From NCBI GenBank assembly GCA_965222075.1, contig OZ244937.1:4320001-4384000 (forward strand): a stretch of DNA of 64,000 nucleotides, written 5' to 3'. The position numbers were made by a program, and so were the translations under genes. Of this stretch, positions 47,169 through 56,761 are shown piece by piece. Each line of letters begins with the position of its first letter. Position 1 is the first letter of the stretch. The DNA comes from Candidatus Latescibacterota bacterium (GTDB lineage Bacteria > Latescibacterota > UBA2968 > GCA-2709665). Under the pieces are notes generated by a model. That model had not been told where the DNA came from and did not search any database. It saw only the letters and a list, made by a program, of their open reading frames with translations.

Positions 47169-48830
47169 CTAAGGCGTTGGGGGTTCGGCTTTGGGTTTTT
47201 TGACCAGGGTGGCGACGGTGCGGTTGGTGGGGACAAAGTAGGTTTTGGCCACGCGCATGACGTCTTGGGGGGTCAGGGTGGCGACAATTTTGGCGTGTGT
47301 GGCGAGGTAGCGCCAGTCGCCGAACAGGGTTTCATAAAGGGCCAAGCTCTGGGCCAGCCCGCCGTTGGATGCGAGTTCCCGGATAAAGTCAGCCTCCAGG
47401 TTGTTGATGACTTTCTGGAATTCCTTTTCGCCGATCGGTTCGGTTTTGAGACGGTCGAGTTCCTCATAGATGACCTTTTCGAGTTCTTCGGTCGTATGGG
47501 GATGAATGGGGTTGGCTTCGATGAGGAAGAGGTTGTCGTACCGGGGGCCGGGAATGCTGTTGTAGGTACTAACGCTGGTGGCGATTCGGTCCTCTTTGAT
47601 GAGCCGTTTGTAGAGCCTGGAGCTGCGGCCCGTGTCGGTGAGGATGTCGTCGATGAGGTCGAAAACGTAGTCGTCCCTCTGGGGGGCGGTCGGCTTGTGG
47701 AAGGCGATCATGACCTGCGGTTCGGCGTCGAACTCGATCACAACCCGGCGTTCGCCCTCCTGTTTCGGCTCGCGGGTGAGGATGCGGGGCGGGGGCGGGC
47801 CCGAGGGGATCTTTCCAAAGTATTTTTCGACCATTTCTATAGCATCGGGGGTGTGGAAATCACCGACGAGGACGCCGACCATGTTGTTGGGAACATAGTA
47901 GGTCTTTTGGAAGGCTTCGGCGTCGGTGGCGGTGAAGTTGGTGATGTCGGACATCCAGCCGATGTTGGGCAGGCCGTAGGGATGGGCCTGGAAGGCGGAC
48001 GTAACGAGGGCTTCGTAGAGCTTGCCGCCGGGTCTGTTTTCGTAGCGCATGCGGCGCTCTTCGGCGACGACGTCGCGCTCAAGATAGAATTCGCGCATGA
48101 CGGGGTCGCGCAGGCGCTCGGATTCCATCAGGGCCCATAACTCCAGGCGGTTGGCGGGCAGGTCTGTGATGTAGATGGTGTAGTCTTTGCCCGTGGCGGC
48201 GTTGATGCCCGGGCTGCCGTTGGCGATGAGGATCTGGGTGAATTCGTCCCGGACGATATGGTTCTTGTGTTCATTTTGCAGGCGTTTAAGCTCGGCCTGG
48301 GATTCCAGCATCCGGATGTAGGTGCCCAAGTGGGCGGGCGCGTCTTTGCCCTGGCGGTTGCTTTCGGTTTTGAGCGCGGCAATTGAACGTTCGAGTTGGG
48401 CGATTTTATCGGGACGCTTTGCAGGCTTTTCGGATGCGGATTTTTGGAGGTTGCGCTCCAGTCCCCCCAGGATTTCCATTTCCGCCTGCGGGATCTCGGC
48501 CCGGACGCGGTTAAAGGCGGCCGCAGCGCGTTCGATCTCGACAAGGATCGATTTTTCCTTACTGTAGTCCACTGTGCCGATGCGACGGGTACCTTTAAAG
48601 GCCATGTGCTCGAACATGTGGGCGATGCCAGTGATGCCGGTGCGCTCGTCCACGCCTCCAACTTTGACCATGATGCGGCCGGAAAAGACGGGGGCCTGAC
48701 GCCGCTCGACAAAGAGGAAGCGCATGCCGTTTTTCAAGCTGTGTTCAACAACCCGGCTCTCCAGATCCTGGGCCGTAAGCTGTAAGGGGAAAAGGGTGAA
48801 GGTGAAGAGTGCGGCAATGAGGCGATTCAT
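47169..48830 (-). CDS. M16 family peptidase, catalytic subunit
   Basis: TGIAHMFEHMAFKGT, INAAT, ERDVV.EERR, HPY, YYVPNN, SSRLYK.L; signal peptide. Confidence 0.93.
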   Translation of the reverse strand: MNRLIAALFTFTLFPLQLTAQDLESRVVEHSLKNGMRFLFVERRQAPVFSGRIMVKVGGVDERTGITGIAHMFEHMAFKGTRRIGTVDYSKEKSILVEIERAAAAFNRVRAEIPQAEMEILGGLERNLQKSASEKPAKRPDKIAQLERSIAALKTESNRQGKDAPAHLGTYIRMLESQAELKRLQNEHKNHIVRDEFTQILIANGSPGINAATGKDYTIYITDLPANRLELWALMESERLRDPVMREFYLERDVVAEERRMRYENRPGGKLYEALVTSAFQAHPYGLPNIGWMSDITNFTATDAEAFQKTYYVPNNMVGVLVGDFHTPDAIEMVEKYFGKIPSGPPPPRILTREPKQEGERRVVIEFDAEPQVMIAFHKPTAPQRDDYVFDLIDDILTDTGRSSRLYKRLIKEDRIATSVSTYNSIPGPRYDNLFLIEANPIHPHTTEELEKVIYEELDRLKTEPIGEKEFQKVINNLEADFIRELASNGGLAQSLALYETLFGDWRYLATHAKIVATLTPQDVMRVAKTYFVPTNRTVATLVKKPKAEPPTP

Positions 48831-48918
48831 GGAATAGCTCTCCTTCTCCTGGCTGGTTACAGGTGTTCAGCAGTGATTAAGGGTATGGATGACAATATAC
48901 CAATAGCTCGGGGAAAAT

Positions 48919-50151
48919 TCAATCCCTCACACAGTCCTCCGGTTGGATTTGACCGAGACGGTCGATGACGTCTTTGGGCTGGATGCGGTTTTTGAAGAAG
49001 AAGACATGGCCGGGGATGTCTTTGAAGTCGCCTTCCTGCACGTTGAGATCGCGGGAGACGGCGATGACGAGGTCTCTCCGGTCCGCGCGGCGGAGTTTGT
49101 CCAGCTTGCGGCGGAGGTAGTCGGGGTGCCAGAAGCCGACGATTTCTAAGAGGGCGGTGCGGCCGTCGGGGTGGTGGAAGGCAAAGTCGGGGATGAAGAC
49201 GGTGTCTTTGAGGTTGACAATTTCGGTTTCGCGCTCTAAGACCCAGTCGGTTTTCGCCTTTTCAAAGCGGCCTGCGAAGGTCTCTTCTAAGAGCGAGTCG
49301 TAGACGGTCTGGTCTTTGTAGTGGGAGACGAGGGTGTGGTTTTCGTCTAAGACGAACAGCCCCTTCCGGCCGTCGGTAAGGGCGATTTCGGCTTCCATTT
49401 TCCAGCGGATACACAAGAGCAGGGCCGGGAGGAAGACGGCCATTTTGATGCCGTATTTCTGGGAGAGGCGGAACATGCTCACCGGGCCGTCCAAGACGAT
49501 TTCGTAGCCGGCGTCCCGGTCGCCTCTGATGTCGTGGATGAGGCGGAAGAATTTGATGAATTTGAAGAGCTGCTTGTAGCGGACCGGGAGGTTGCGGTGG
49601 ACGGAGAGACGCATGCGGGCGCAGCGGTAGAACATGGCCTGGGCCAGGGCGACGTTGTAGCGGTTGAGGAGCCAGTCGGGGGTGGGAGGATCGAAGACGT
49701 CAAAGACGTGGTTGTCGGCCAGGTCGGCGTAGAGGCTGCCGGCGACTTCATCGACCGAGACCTGGTGCTGGAGGGCAATTTGGTCCAGGATGTGGGCCCG
49801 GGTGACGGGGTAGATGAGATCGGGTTCGCGGACGACGGGGTGATTTTCACGGGCGAGGACGAAGACCTGCGCGCGTAGCTCGACGGGATCGATGAGGCTG
49901 GCGATGCGAAACTCGCAGCGGTCGTCTTCAAGGAGCTTGGCCAAGCCGCGCTGAATGCGGTAGTCGGTGGCTTCACCGGCCCGGGCGTCCAACGCGGCGT
50001 GGAGTTCGCGCCGCGTTTTGTTCCGGTGGGATTTAAAGATGTCGATGAGGTCCTGCGCGAGGTCGATCATCCGATCGGAATCGGCGTCGACGTAGCGGGG
50101 GTTGATGTAAGGTCCGCGGGTGCGGGTGAGAAGAAGGTCGGAGGTGAGCAT
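48919..50151 (-). CDS. DUF790 family nuclease (Bax1-like)
   Basis: MLTSDLL, LYADL, RYNVALAQ, LDGP.S.F, YDSLLE..F, FIPDF.F, EIVGFW.P.YL. Confidence 0.92.
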   Translation of the reverse strand: MLTSDLLLTRTRGPYINPRYVDADSDRMIDLAQDLIDIFKSHRNKTRRELHAALDARAGEATDYRIQRGLAKLLEDDRCEFRIASLIDPVELRAQVFVLARENHPVVREPDLIYPVTRAHILDQIALQHQVSVDEVAGSLYADLADNHVFDVFDPPTPDWLLNRYNVALAQAMFYRCARMRLSVHRNLPVRYKQLFKFIKFFRLIHDIRGDRDAGYEIVLDGPVSMFRLSQKYGIKMAVFLPALLLCIRWKMEAEIALTDGRKGLFVLDENHTLVSHYKDQTVYDSLLEETFAGRFEKAKTDWVLERETEIVNLKDTVFIPDFAFHHPDGRTALLEIVGFWHPDYLRRKLDKLRRADRRDLVIAVSRDLNVQEGDFKDIPGHVFFFKNRIQPKDVIDRLGQIQPEDCVRD

Positions 50152-50175
50152 GGCGTTTTTTGAAATTTTTCAATT

Positions 50176-50290
50176 TGGCCCTTTGGAAGACCGTACCGGC
50201 ATTACCCCGGGGACACCGGAGGGCTTCGAGTTAGCTTCGGTGCACCTATCCTCCACGTTCACGGGCGGAGCAAGTTTCATCTCGAAAAAC
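50176..50290 (+). ncRNA. Candidate structured RNA/DNA element, copy A
   Basis: Two adjacent stems with covariation against copy B (58181-58295); conserved loop CCTATCCTCCAC. Confidence 0.5.
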
Positions 50291-50381
50291 CGTTGCAGGG
50301 CCAGAAAACCCTTCGGTTCAACGCATCCCCTCCTTCTCCCCTTCTCCCACGTGCGGAAGAAGGGGTTGGGGAATGAGGGAC

Positions 50382-51371
50382 TTATCCCGAAAACCCCAGT
50401 TCCACCCCATCTTCAACGTCCACGGTAACGCGCAAAACGCCGGGCCTTAACAAGGTTGCGGGGCGTGATTTACCGTTTACACTGACCACCGGGTTCCGGC
50501 ACCAGGGGGCAGGAACCTCAGTGTCGAGGGTGAGGGTGCGGCAGGTGACGCGGTCGGACAGGCCGTTGAGGGTGAGTCGGTAGCGCTTTTCTTCGGGTGT
50601 ATCGGCGAGGGTTTCGATTTGGGTGTGTCGGCGGGTGAGGTGATAGAAGAGGGCCTCTTCGGGTACGGCGCACCAGACGTCGCCGCCTTCGGAAAGGACC
50701 GTTTCAAACCGTCTGCGGAGCTGGGCCTCGGAGCAGTCTTTGCTGGGGTGGACCGGCTCTTCTAAGGGGCAGTGGCAGTAGTCGATGATCCAGCCGCCGT
50801 CCTCCTGGGCGTGGCGGATGTTCCGGTAAGGGTCGAACTCGCTGTAGAAGGGCTCGTAGTAGTGGTCGTGGAGGGCGGTGCGGTTGAGCCAGAAGAGTTC
50901 CTCGCCGGGGCGGTTGAGGGCGTCGGTGAGGCTCATGGCGCCCACGTAGCCGTATTCCCGGCAGGCGGCTAAGATGTGGCCGGCCATGTTGGTATTGTTG
51001 CCGGGAGAGCAGTAGAGGTCCACGGGGCCGTCGATGGCCTCCTCTAAGACCTCCCTGGCCTGGCGCAGTTCGCGGTCGACCATGTCGGGGGCGATGTTCT
51101 GGTGGCTCCACGAGTGGTTGCCCACACCCCAGCCCCGGGCGATGAGGTCCCCCATCTCTTCCCCGTTCATGTGCCGGAATCCGTTATAGCTGGAGTTGCC
51201 GATGTTCCGGACCTCTCCGATGTGCCCGGCAACGGCCTCCACGTGGCCGGGGATGCCGTATTCCTCGTGGATGGGGACCGCGAATTTGTGCAGCTCGATG
51301 AGCGCCTCGTCGTAGGTGATGGAGTAGACCCAGCGTTTGCCGTGTTTCCAGTCGCAGACGGTGAGGGGCAT
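50382..51371 (-). CDS. Polysaccharide deacetylase (NodB) family protein
   Basis: SITYDE, GWGVGNHSWSH, EL..A. Confidence 0.8.
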   Translation of the reverse strand: MPLTVCDWKHGKRWVYSITYDEALIELHKFAVPIHEEYGIPGHVEAVAGHIGEVRNIGNSSYNGFRHMNGEEMGDLIARGWGVGNHSWSHQNIAPDMVDRELRQAREVLEEAIDGPVDLYCSPGNNTNMAGHILAACREYGYVGAMSLTDALNRPGEELFWLNRTALHDHYYEPFYSEFDPYRNIRHAQEDGGWIIDYCHCPLEEPVHPSKDCSEAQLRRRFETVLSEGGDVWCAVPEEALFYHLTRRHTQIETLADTPEEKRYRLTLNGLSDRVTCRTLTLDTEVPAPWCRNPVVSVNGKSRPATLLRPGVLRVTVDVEDGVELGFSG

Positions 51372-51410
51372 GGTATGGTCCTTTTGTCAGATGTTAGGGG
51401 CGATCCCCGG

Positions 51411-52181
51411 TTATACGACACCTTTGACGGCCGTCATAAAATTGTTGAAGGTGGTGCTGTAGCCCAGCTTCCATTCGAAGATGTGCACCCCGTAGCGGGT
51501 GGCCAGGCGCTCGTCAAAGGTGTCGGGCCGCTCCACGCCCACGGTTCCATCGCGTATGAGGATGCAGCGGTGGCCCCGCCCGAGCATGGCGGCCGCGCCG
51601 CCTTCGGAATTAAGCACACACATGTCGGCGGCAAAGCCGGTGTAGATGAGGGTTTCGATATTGTGGGTCTTGAGGTATTCGTCTAAAGTATCGGTGTAGA
51701 AGACCAGGGGTTCGTCGCCGACGGGGGAGACGATTTGGGCGCGTTTCATCTTTGCCAGCGGGGAACGGACCATATAGTCCGGTCCGTGTGCGCGGTCCAG
51801 CATCTCTTTCTGGCGGCTGGTGGGCCTCCAGGTTTTAGACTCGCCGCGTCGGGAAGGGATGTGGGGGTACTGCTCGTCCATCCAGTCGGTTTCGACATGA
51901 ACGATAGGCATCTCGATTTCACGGGCGGCGTCCATGGCCGGGCGGATGATTTCACCCATGATGCGACAGGCTTCGGCCGTGGCCTGGGGCCAGCCCATGT
52001 CCACGCAGTAGTCCATGTCCAGAGGGGGGCCGTCCGGGCAGCCGATGTTCCAGCAGTGCATGCCCACAAGCGCGGTCTGCGCCACGGGCAGGTCGAAGGT
52101 GACCTGCTCGTAGCCGGGGCTGTCGATGGGACGGGCGCGGTAGTAGCGGGCGTTGAACTTGAGCGTTGGGGAACCGGACAT
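51411..52181 (-). CDS. Isochorismatase / cysteine hydrolase family protein
   Basis: QTALV, AAR....PIVH, IETLIYTGFAADMCV, LIRD.T. Confidence 0.8.
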   Translation of the reverse strand: MSGSPTLKFNARYYRARPIDSPGYEQVTFDLPVAQTALVGMHCWNIGCPDGPPLDMDYCVDMGWPQATAEACRIMGEIIRPAMDAAREIEMPIVHVETDWMDEQYPHIPSRRGESKTWRPTSRQKEMLDRAHGPDYMVRSPLAKMKRAQIVSPVGDEPLVFYTDTLDEYLKTHNIETLIYTGFAADMCVLNSEGGAAAMLGRGHRCILIRDGTVGVERPDTFDERLATRYGVHIFEWKLGYSTTFNNFMTAVKGVV

Positions 52182-52230
52182 CGTTGCGAGAGCTCCTCTA
52201 TGCGAGAGAGACGTTCTTTGTTTGTCGTTT

Positions 52231-54099
52231 TCAGCGCATCGGTCCTCTACCGTCCATGACGATTTCGACCGGGTCGGAAAGGAGGATGAGGTCCTCGATG
52301 TCGAACTGTTTGAGGAGTCCGAAGCAGAAGAGGACAGGGTTCTGGATGTAGTCTACGGGCCAGTCGATGAGCCTGCGGAGGGTGTCGGGGACGTTCACGC
52401 GCAGGCTTCCGAGGCCTTGGGGGTGGAGGGCCGCGGCGCAAAGGGCGATGAGGCCGGTAGAGAGACCCTGGGCGACAAAGTCGACCGCATCCGTTTCGGC
52501 GTAGGAGCGGATCCAGTTCAGGAGGGCGAGGAGCTGGGCGGTGCAGATGCCAAGGGGGCGGTCGCCTGCGGAGGCGACGCATTCCATGAAGAGGTAATGG
52601 TAGGCCCCGCCGGCGATGATCTGTTCGCCGAAGGCAAAGAGGTCGGCGGTGAATACCCGTTTGCCTGCATTCAGGGCGTTCTGCACTGCTGCGCTACTGT
52701 TTGCACGTCCTTCATCGGAGAGGATGAGCAGGGACGATCTCGATCTGCCCGCCCGGAACTCGGTGACGGGGACGTTCCAGCGGTCCATTTTCAGGATATG
52801 GTGTTTGATCTGTACACCGCCTGCAAGCTGAGGTTTGCGGGCGATTTTTGATTTTACGGAATATTTCGACGAGAGTCGCAGGACCTCCTTCAGGCGTTTT
52901 CGGTCCTGCGTTTTTGTTTTGGGCGAGGACCGCTTGACGGGCAGGTTGTGTGCAAGACCGCGGGCGATGGAGAGGAAGGTGGGGTTGTCGGGCGGGAGGC
53001 CGACGTTGAGTTCCCACTCGGAGAGGATCTCGCCGTCGCAGGGGATGTCTTCGGTCGGAATGTCCAGGCCCCAGGCGTTGTTAAGGAATTTGTAGAGCTG
53101 CTCCCGGATGTCTTTTTCGTAGTTGTGCGTGCCGGGGTCTTCGTTGGCGTAGAAGCCGATGCGGTCTTCCACGTCGAGACATTTGTAGACTTTCCGGGCG
53201 GGGATGTAGAGGCAGGGACGCATGAATTCCGGGCGGAAGATGCTGTCGTTGACGCTGTGGATAAGCAGGGAGGGCCGGGGCGCGAACATGGCGGTGAGGG
53301 TGTCGAAGTCGGCCACGGTGCAGAGGTCAACCGGGGTCTGCTCTAAGTCCCCGTGGTCCTGCCAGCGTAGCGTCGCCCGGTGCCAGATGGGGGAGTGGCC
53401 GGACACGGGGAGGATCGCTCCGATGCGTTCGTCTATGGCGGAGAGCACGGCGGTCTGCCAGCCGCCGCCGGAGAGGCCGGTCATGGCCACGCGCTCGGGG
53501 TCTGCATGTTTGTGCGCGGAGAGGACGTCTAAGCCGCGTTTCATGGCCAGGTACATAGGGCCCACGCCGGCAACACCGCACAAGTCGATGTGCGCCTGCT
53601 GCATGTGAAAGGCCGAGCCCTGCAATTCACCCATACCGATGAATTCGGTGTTGAGGGCAAGCATGCCCCGTTTGGCGAGGTTGATGCAGCGGGCCTGCTT
53701 ATAGTCCATGGCCTTGCCACCCCGATGGTGACCGTTCGGGTTCAGGACGGCGGGGACTTTGCCCTTGAGGTTGGTGGGCTCATACAAAAGCGCGGGGATC
53801 CACATGCCCGGGTAGCCTTCATAGCGGAGCTTCCGGATGCGGTAGCCTCTGCCCGTTTCTATAACGCCGTGCCACTGGACGACGGGCGGGGCGCTGTTGA
53901 TGCATGGGTGGTGGCCGAGCAGGTAGACTTTTTCCAGAAGGTCTTTGCGGATTTTCGCGGTCCGCTTCTGCCATTCGGCAGGCGTTCGAGGGGTTTTGAG
54001 CCGGGGGAGTTTCTCCCGGTAATAGTCCATCATGGTGCGGGTGTGCCGCTTGCCGAGGAGTTTGCGCGAGAGGGCGTGAGCGATTTGTTTAGGTGACAT
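52231..54099 (-). CDS. Alpha/beta hydrolase (acetyl xylan esterase-like, two-domain)
   Basis: IPALLYEP, LNPNGH, GLSGGG, FAPRP, GTHNY. Confidence 0.85.
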   Translation of the reverse strand: MSPKQIAHALSRKLLGKRHTRTMMDYYREKLPRLKTPRTPAEWQKRTAKIRKDLLEKVYLLGHHPCINSAPPVVQWHGVIETGRGYRIRKLRYEGYPGMWIPALLYEPTNLKGKVPAVLNPNGHHRGGKAMDYKQARCINLAKRGMLALNTEFIGMGELQGSAFHMQQAHIDLCGVAGVGPMYLAMKRGLDVLSAHKHADPERVAMTGLSGGGWQTAVLSAIDERIGAILPVSGHSPIWHRATLRWQDHGDLEQTPVDLCTVADFDTLTAMFAPRPSLLIHSVNDSIFRPEFMRPCLYIPARKVYKCLDVEDRIGFYANEDPGTHNYEKDIREQLYKFLNNAWGLDIPTEDIPCDGEILSEWELNVGLPPDNPTFLSIARGLAHNLPVKRSSPKTKTQDRKRLKEVLRLSSKYSVKSKIARKPQLAGGVQIKHHILKMDRWNVPVTEFRAGRSRSSLLILSDEGRANSSAAVQNALNAGKRVFTADLFAFGEQIIAGGAYHYLFMECVASAGDRPLGICTAQLLALLNWIRSYAETDAVDFVAQGLSTGLIALCAAALHPQGLGSLRVNVPDTLRRLIDWPVDYIQNPVLFCFGLLKQFDIEDLILLSDPVEIVMDGRGPMR

Positions 54100-54133
54100 T
54101 TTTTAGCTCCTTGCTGGTGCGATAGTGGCCGGG

Positions 54134-54287
54134 ACCACCCGACCATAGCTCGATATATTCGTCGATTCGCCTCCACCCTCGCAAGGTTGAAGTACCCCAC
54201 ACAGAAGTCGGCACGATCGGACAGCGCAAGCCTTTCCCGAAGTGCCGGGAGGCGTGGCCGGTCAATGTTGTCGAAAATTTGCGGCAT
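54134..54287 (-). pseudogene. Frameshifted N-terminal relic of a PLD-domain SNF2-type helicase
   Basis: MPQIFDNID..L...L..SDRADFCVGYFNL, then after one extra base RGWRRIDEYIELWSGG. Confidence 0.75.
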
Positions 54288-54298
54288 AGCAAAGGCCC

Positions 54299-55354
54299 TC
54301 AGTTCAGGGTATAGGTTTCGTAGGGGCGTTCGCAGGGGTTGCCCCGGCTGACGTGCATGAGGCCGTCCTCCGGTTCGATGATGACCGAGAACGTGGTAGC
54401 CCAGTAGCCGGTGGTCGGGTGGTCGTTGGGGTGTCGGCAGATGGAGGTGGGGTGGCCCTCGTGGTCGCACAGGGCGGCCTTGAGGTTTTTGAGGGCCAGG
54501 GGCCGTTCCATTTCTCCGAAGAGCTTTTGGATTCTAATTTTGCGCGGGCCGGACTGGATAAGTTCGGAGAAGTCGTCGTTGATGGGCAGCAGGTCCGGGT
54601 GCTCACAGTGGTTGGCGTGGGTGACCAGGCCTGTGCCGTCGCCCTGGAGGACATGGACGTCGTCTACGGTGACTTCCAGATCGGCAGGCCCCTGGGGCGT
54701 GGCCAGGATGATGTTGGCGGGGATCGCACGAGTGGCCCGGCGCACGGCCTGCACAGCGTCGGAGAGGGAATCGGTTTCGTAGATGGCGCGCACCGTGAAG
54801 TAGTGCGGGACCCCCAGGGGGCGGCTGGGAGCCGGCAGGGTGTTCAGGCAGAGGCCGATTCCGGCGCTGTTGAGGCCGATGTAGGCGATGAGGCCGGCCT
54901 GGGTGATGTTCATAAGGGTGGGTTTGCCCGCAGGGCGGCGGGTGAGCACGACGGTAAAGGGGTCCAGGCCCGGGTCGTTGTCCCAGTTCTGGCCCACGAC
55001 CGCCCGCTGGCCTGCGGGTGAGGTGATCGAAAAGGAGGTGCAGCCGGCGTCCCCGTCGGGCCGGAGCTGGTTGCGCACCTGGAGGAGCATCAGGTCTTCA
55101 AGCAGGATGCCGGAACTTTCGGCCATGCCGCGCAGCTCATCGAGCATGTGCGGGGCGTAGGACTCGACGTAGGAAAGGCTGCTGCGGGCGACGGACAGGG
55201 CGTTCTCTTGAGAGACGGGCATGGTCTTGTTGACGCGGTTGAGGGCGATTTCCACAAATCCCCGGACCTCCTCGCGGGCAGCTTCACCGATCTGGCGACC
55301 CATCTCGAAGGGGGCGCCGCTGACTTCGATTTCACGGTAGTGGGTGTCTGACAT
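54299..55354 (-). CDS. C45 family peptidase (Ntn hydrolase / acyltransferase)
   Basis: G..FEMG.QIG, GCTS nucleophile, GQNWD, GLNSAG, THANH, SICRH. Confidence 0.92.
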   Translation of the reverse strand: MSDTHYREIEVSGAPFEMGRQIGEAAREEVRGFVEIALNRVNKTMPVSQENALSVARSSLSYVESYAPHMLDELRGMAESSGILLEDLMLLQVRNQLRPDGDAGCTSFSITSPAGQRAVVGQNWDNDPGLDPFTVVLTRRPAGKPTLMNITQAGLIAYIGLNSAGIGLCLNTLPAPSRPLGVPHYFTVRAIYETDSLSDAVQAVRRATRAIPANIILATPQGPADLEVTVDDVHVLQGDGTGLVTHANHCEHPDLLPINDDFSELIQSGPRKIRIQKLFGEMERPLALKNLKAALCDHEGHPTSICRHPNDHPTTGYWATTFSVIIEPEDGLMHVSRGNPCERPYETYTLN

Positions 55355-55424
55355 TTGTATCTCCTGGAGTAATGGGGCACGCCGTGCCCCTACATTCTTC
55401 CCTCGTCGGGAAGGGAGAGGGGGG

Positions 55425-56672
55425 TTAGGTCCGATTTTTATCCGCCACCTCCCGCACAATCTGCGCTGCCAGATCGCAGTGTTCCGGTTCATACTTCTCG
55501 CAGAAAGAAGACCAGCGGATGAAGGTTTCCAAGAAGTCCCTGGCGGTCGGACAGGTATCGGCGCTGTAGCGGTATTTCCGGGAGGCCGGAGGCTGTGAAT
55601 AGGGGTAGACCTCCTTTTGCGCCTTTTCCGACAGGAAGGGGAGGGCGGCGGGCATGAGGTAGTACCTGCCGGTGCCCGCGCCGGGGATGCCGGCGTCGGC
55701 GACCTGTTTGGCGAATGCGTCCGCGTTGCAGGTGAAGGCGTCGGGGGCGATGCTGAAGCCGGCCATCCAGCAGGAGTAGACGTCCATGTAATCCGGAATG
55801 GGCAGGGGGGTAATGCCCGGGACCTCGGCGAGTTTTTCCGAGAGGAGGCGGACCATGCGGTCGCGCCGGGCGATGTTGGGCCGGATGATTTCGAGCTGGG
55901 CCAGGGTGATGGCGGCGGTGGAGAGGGTCATGCGGTGGGCGTAGCCGTTGACCGCGTGGATGCGTCCGAAGCCTTCCCTCATCTGGCCGCCTCTGCTCTG
56001 GCCGACGAAGCGGATGCGTTCATTCAGTTCGTCGTCGTTTGTAACCACGCAGCCGCCCACATCCGAGCCCAGGGTTTTTTCGGCGTCGAAGGAGAAGGCA
56101 CCCGCAGTGCTGAGAGAACCGGCGAGGCGGCCCCTGTACTCGCCGAAGACGGCCTGGCAGGTGTCTTCGTAGACGATGAAGCCGTGTTTGTCGGCTAAGG
56201 CGTTGATGGGGTCCATGTCGCAGAGGGTGCCGGTTTTGTGGACGACCAGAACCGCGCGGGTGCGGTCGGTGATGCAGGGTTCGACCGTTTCTGCGCTGAG
56301 GATGAGGGTGCCGGGTTCGGTGTCTGCGAAAACGGGGATGTAGTTCTCCCTGATCAGGCCCTGCACGGTGCCGTAGTCGGTGACCGGGCTGACGATGATT
56401 TCATCGCCCGGTTCGAAGTCGAAGGCCGCCGCGAGCACGGCTAAGGCCGGGGTGCAGCCGGGCGTGGCGATGCAGTGTTTGACGCCCATCTCACCGGCGA
56501 AGGTCTCTTCGAAGCGGCGGACCATATTGCTGGTCAGGCCAGAGTCCACGACCTCCTGGAGGTATTTCAGGCAGTTGGGACCCATCGTGCGCGGAAAGGG
56601 CTGAGGCAGGCTGCCTTTGAGTTCTTCAGATGCCTCTGCGCCGTATTTTGCGCGTTCGACTCTGGTGGCCAT
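55425..56672 (-). CDS. DegT/DnrJ/EryC1/StrS family PLP aminotransferase
   Basis: EPGDEII, PVFAD, VH..G..CDM, EDTCQA, FSF..EK. Confidence 0.9.
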   Translation of the reverse strand: MATRVERAKYGAEASEELKGSLPQPFPRTMGPNCLKYLQEVVDSGLTSNMVRRFEETFAGEMGVKHCIATPGCTPALAVLAAAFDFEPGDEIIVSPVTDYGTVQGLIRENYIPVFADTEPGTLILSAETVEPCITDRTRAVLVVHKTGTLCDMDPINALADKHGFIVYEDTCQAVFGEYRGRLAGSLSTAGAFSFDAEKTLGSDVGGCVVTNDDELNERIRFVGQSRGGQMREGFGRIHAVNGYAHRMTLSTAAITLAQLEIIRPNIARRDRMVRLLSEKLAEVPGITPLPIPDYMDVYSCWMAGFSIAPDAFTCNADAFAKQVADAGIPGAGTGRYYLMPAALPFLSEKAQKEVYPYSQPPASRKYRYSADTCPTARDFLETFIRWSSFCEKYEPEHCDLAAQIVREVADKNRT

Positions 56673-56709
56673 GCAATTTTCCTTTCTAAAATCCGGATTC
56701 AGGCCCTAA

Positions 56710-56757
56710 AAATTTCGGATCTCGGATTGAAGCGCTTTTACTCCGCAATCCGCAATT
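56710..56757. repeat. ATTTCGGA/TCCGCAAT heptamer-hairpin repeat (inverted copy at 1-56)
   Basis: AAATTTCGGATCTCGGATTGAA..CTTT..TCCGCAATCCGCAATT matches the reverse complement of positions 1-56. Confidence 0.75.
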
Positions 56758-56761
56758 GTGC

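Noticed and set aside
50176-50290. c-di-AMP (ydaO) riboswitch, suggested by minus-strand AGCTAACTCGAAGC
   Set aside because: Lacks the GCTGAATCC and GGGGTGAAT cores, and copy B does not keep AGCTAAC
53256-53264. Perfect DnaA box TGTGGATAA
   Set aside because: Single copy inside a coding sequence, far from the skew switch
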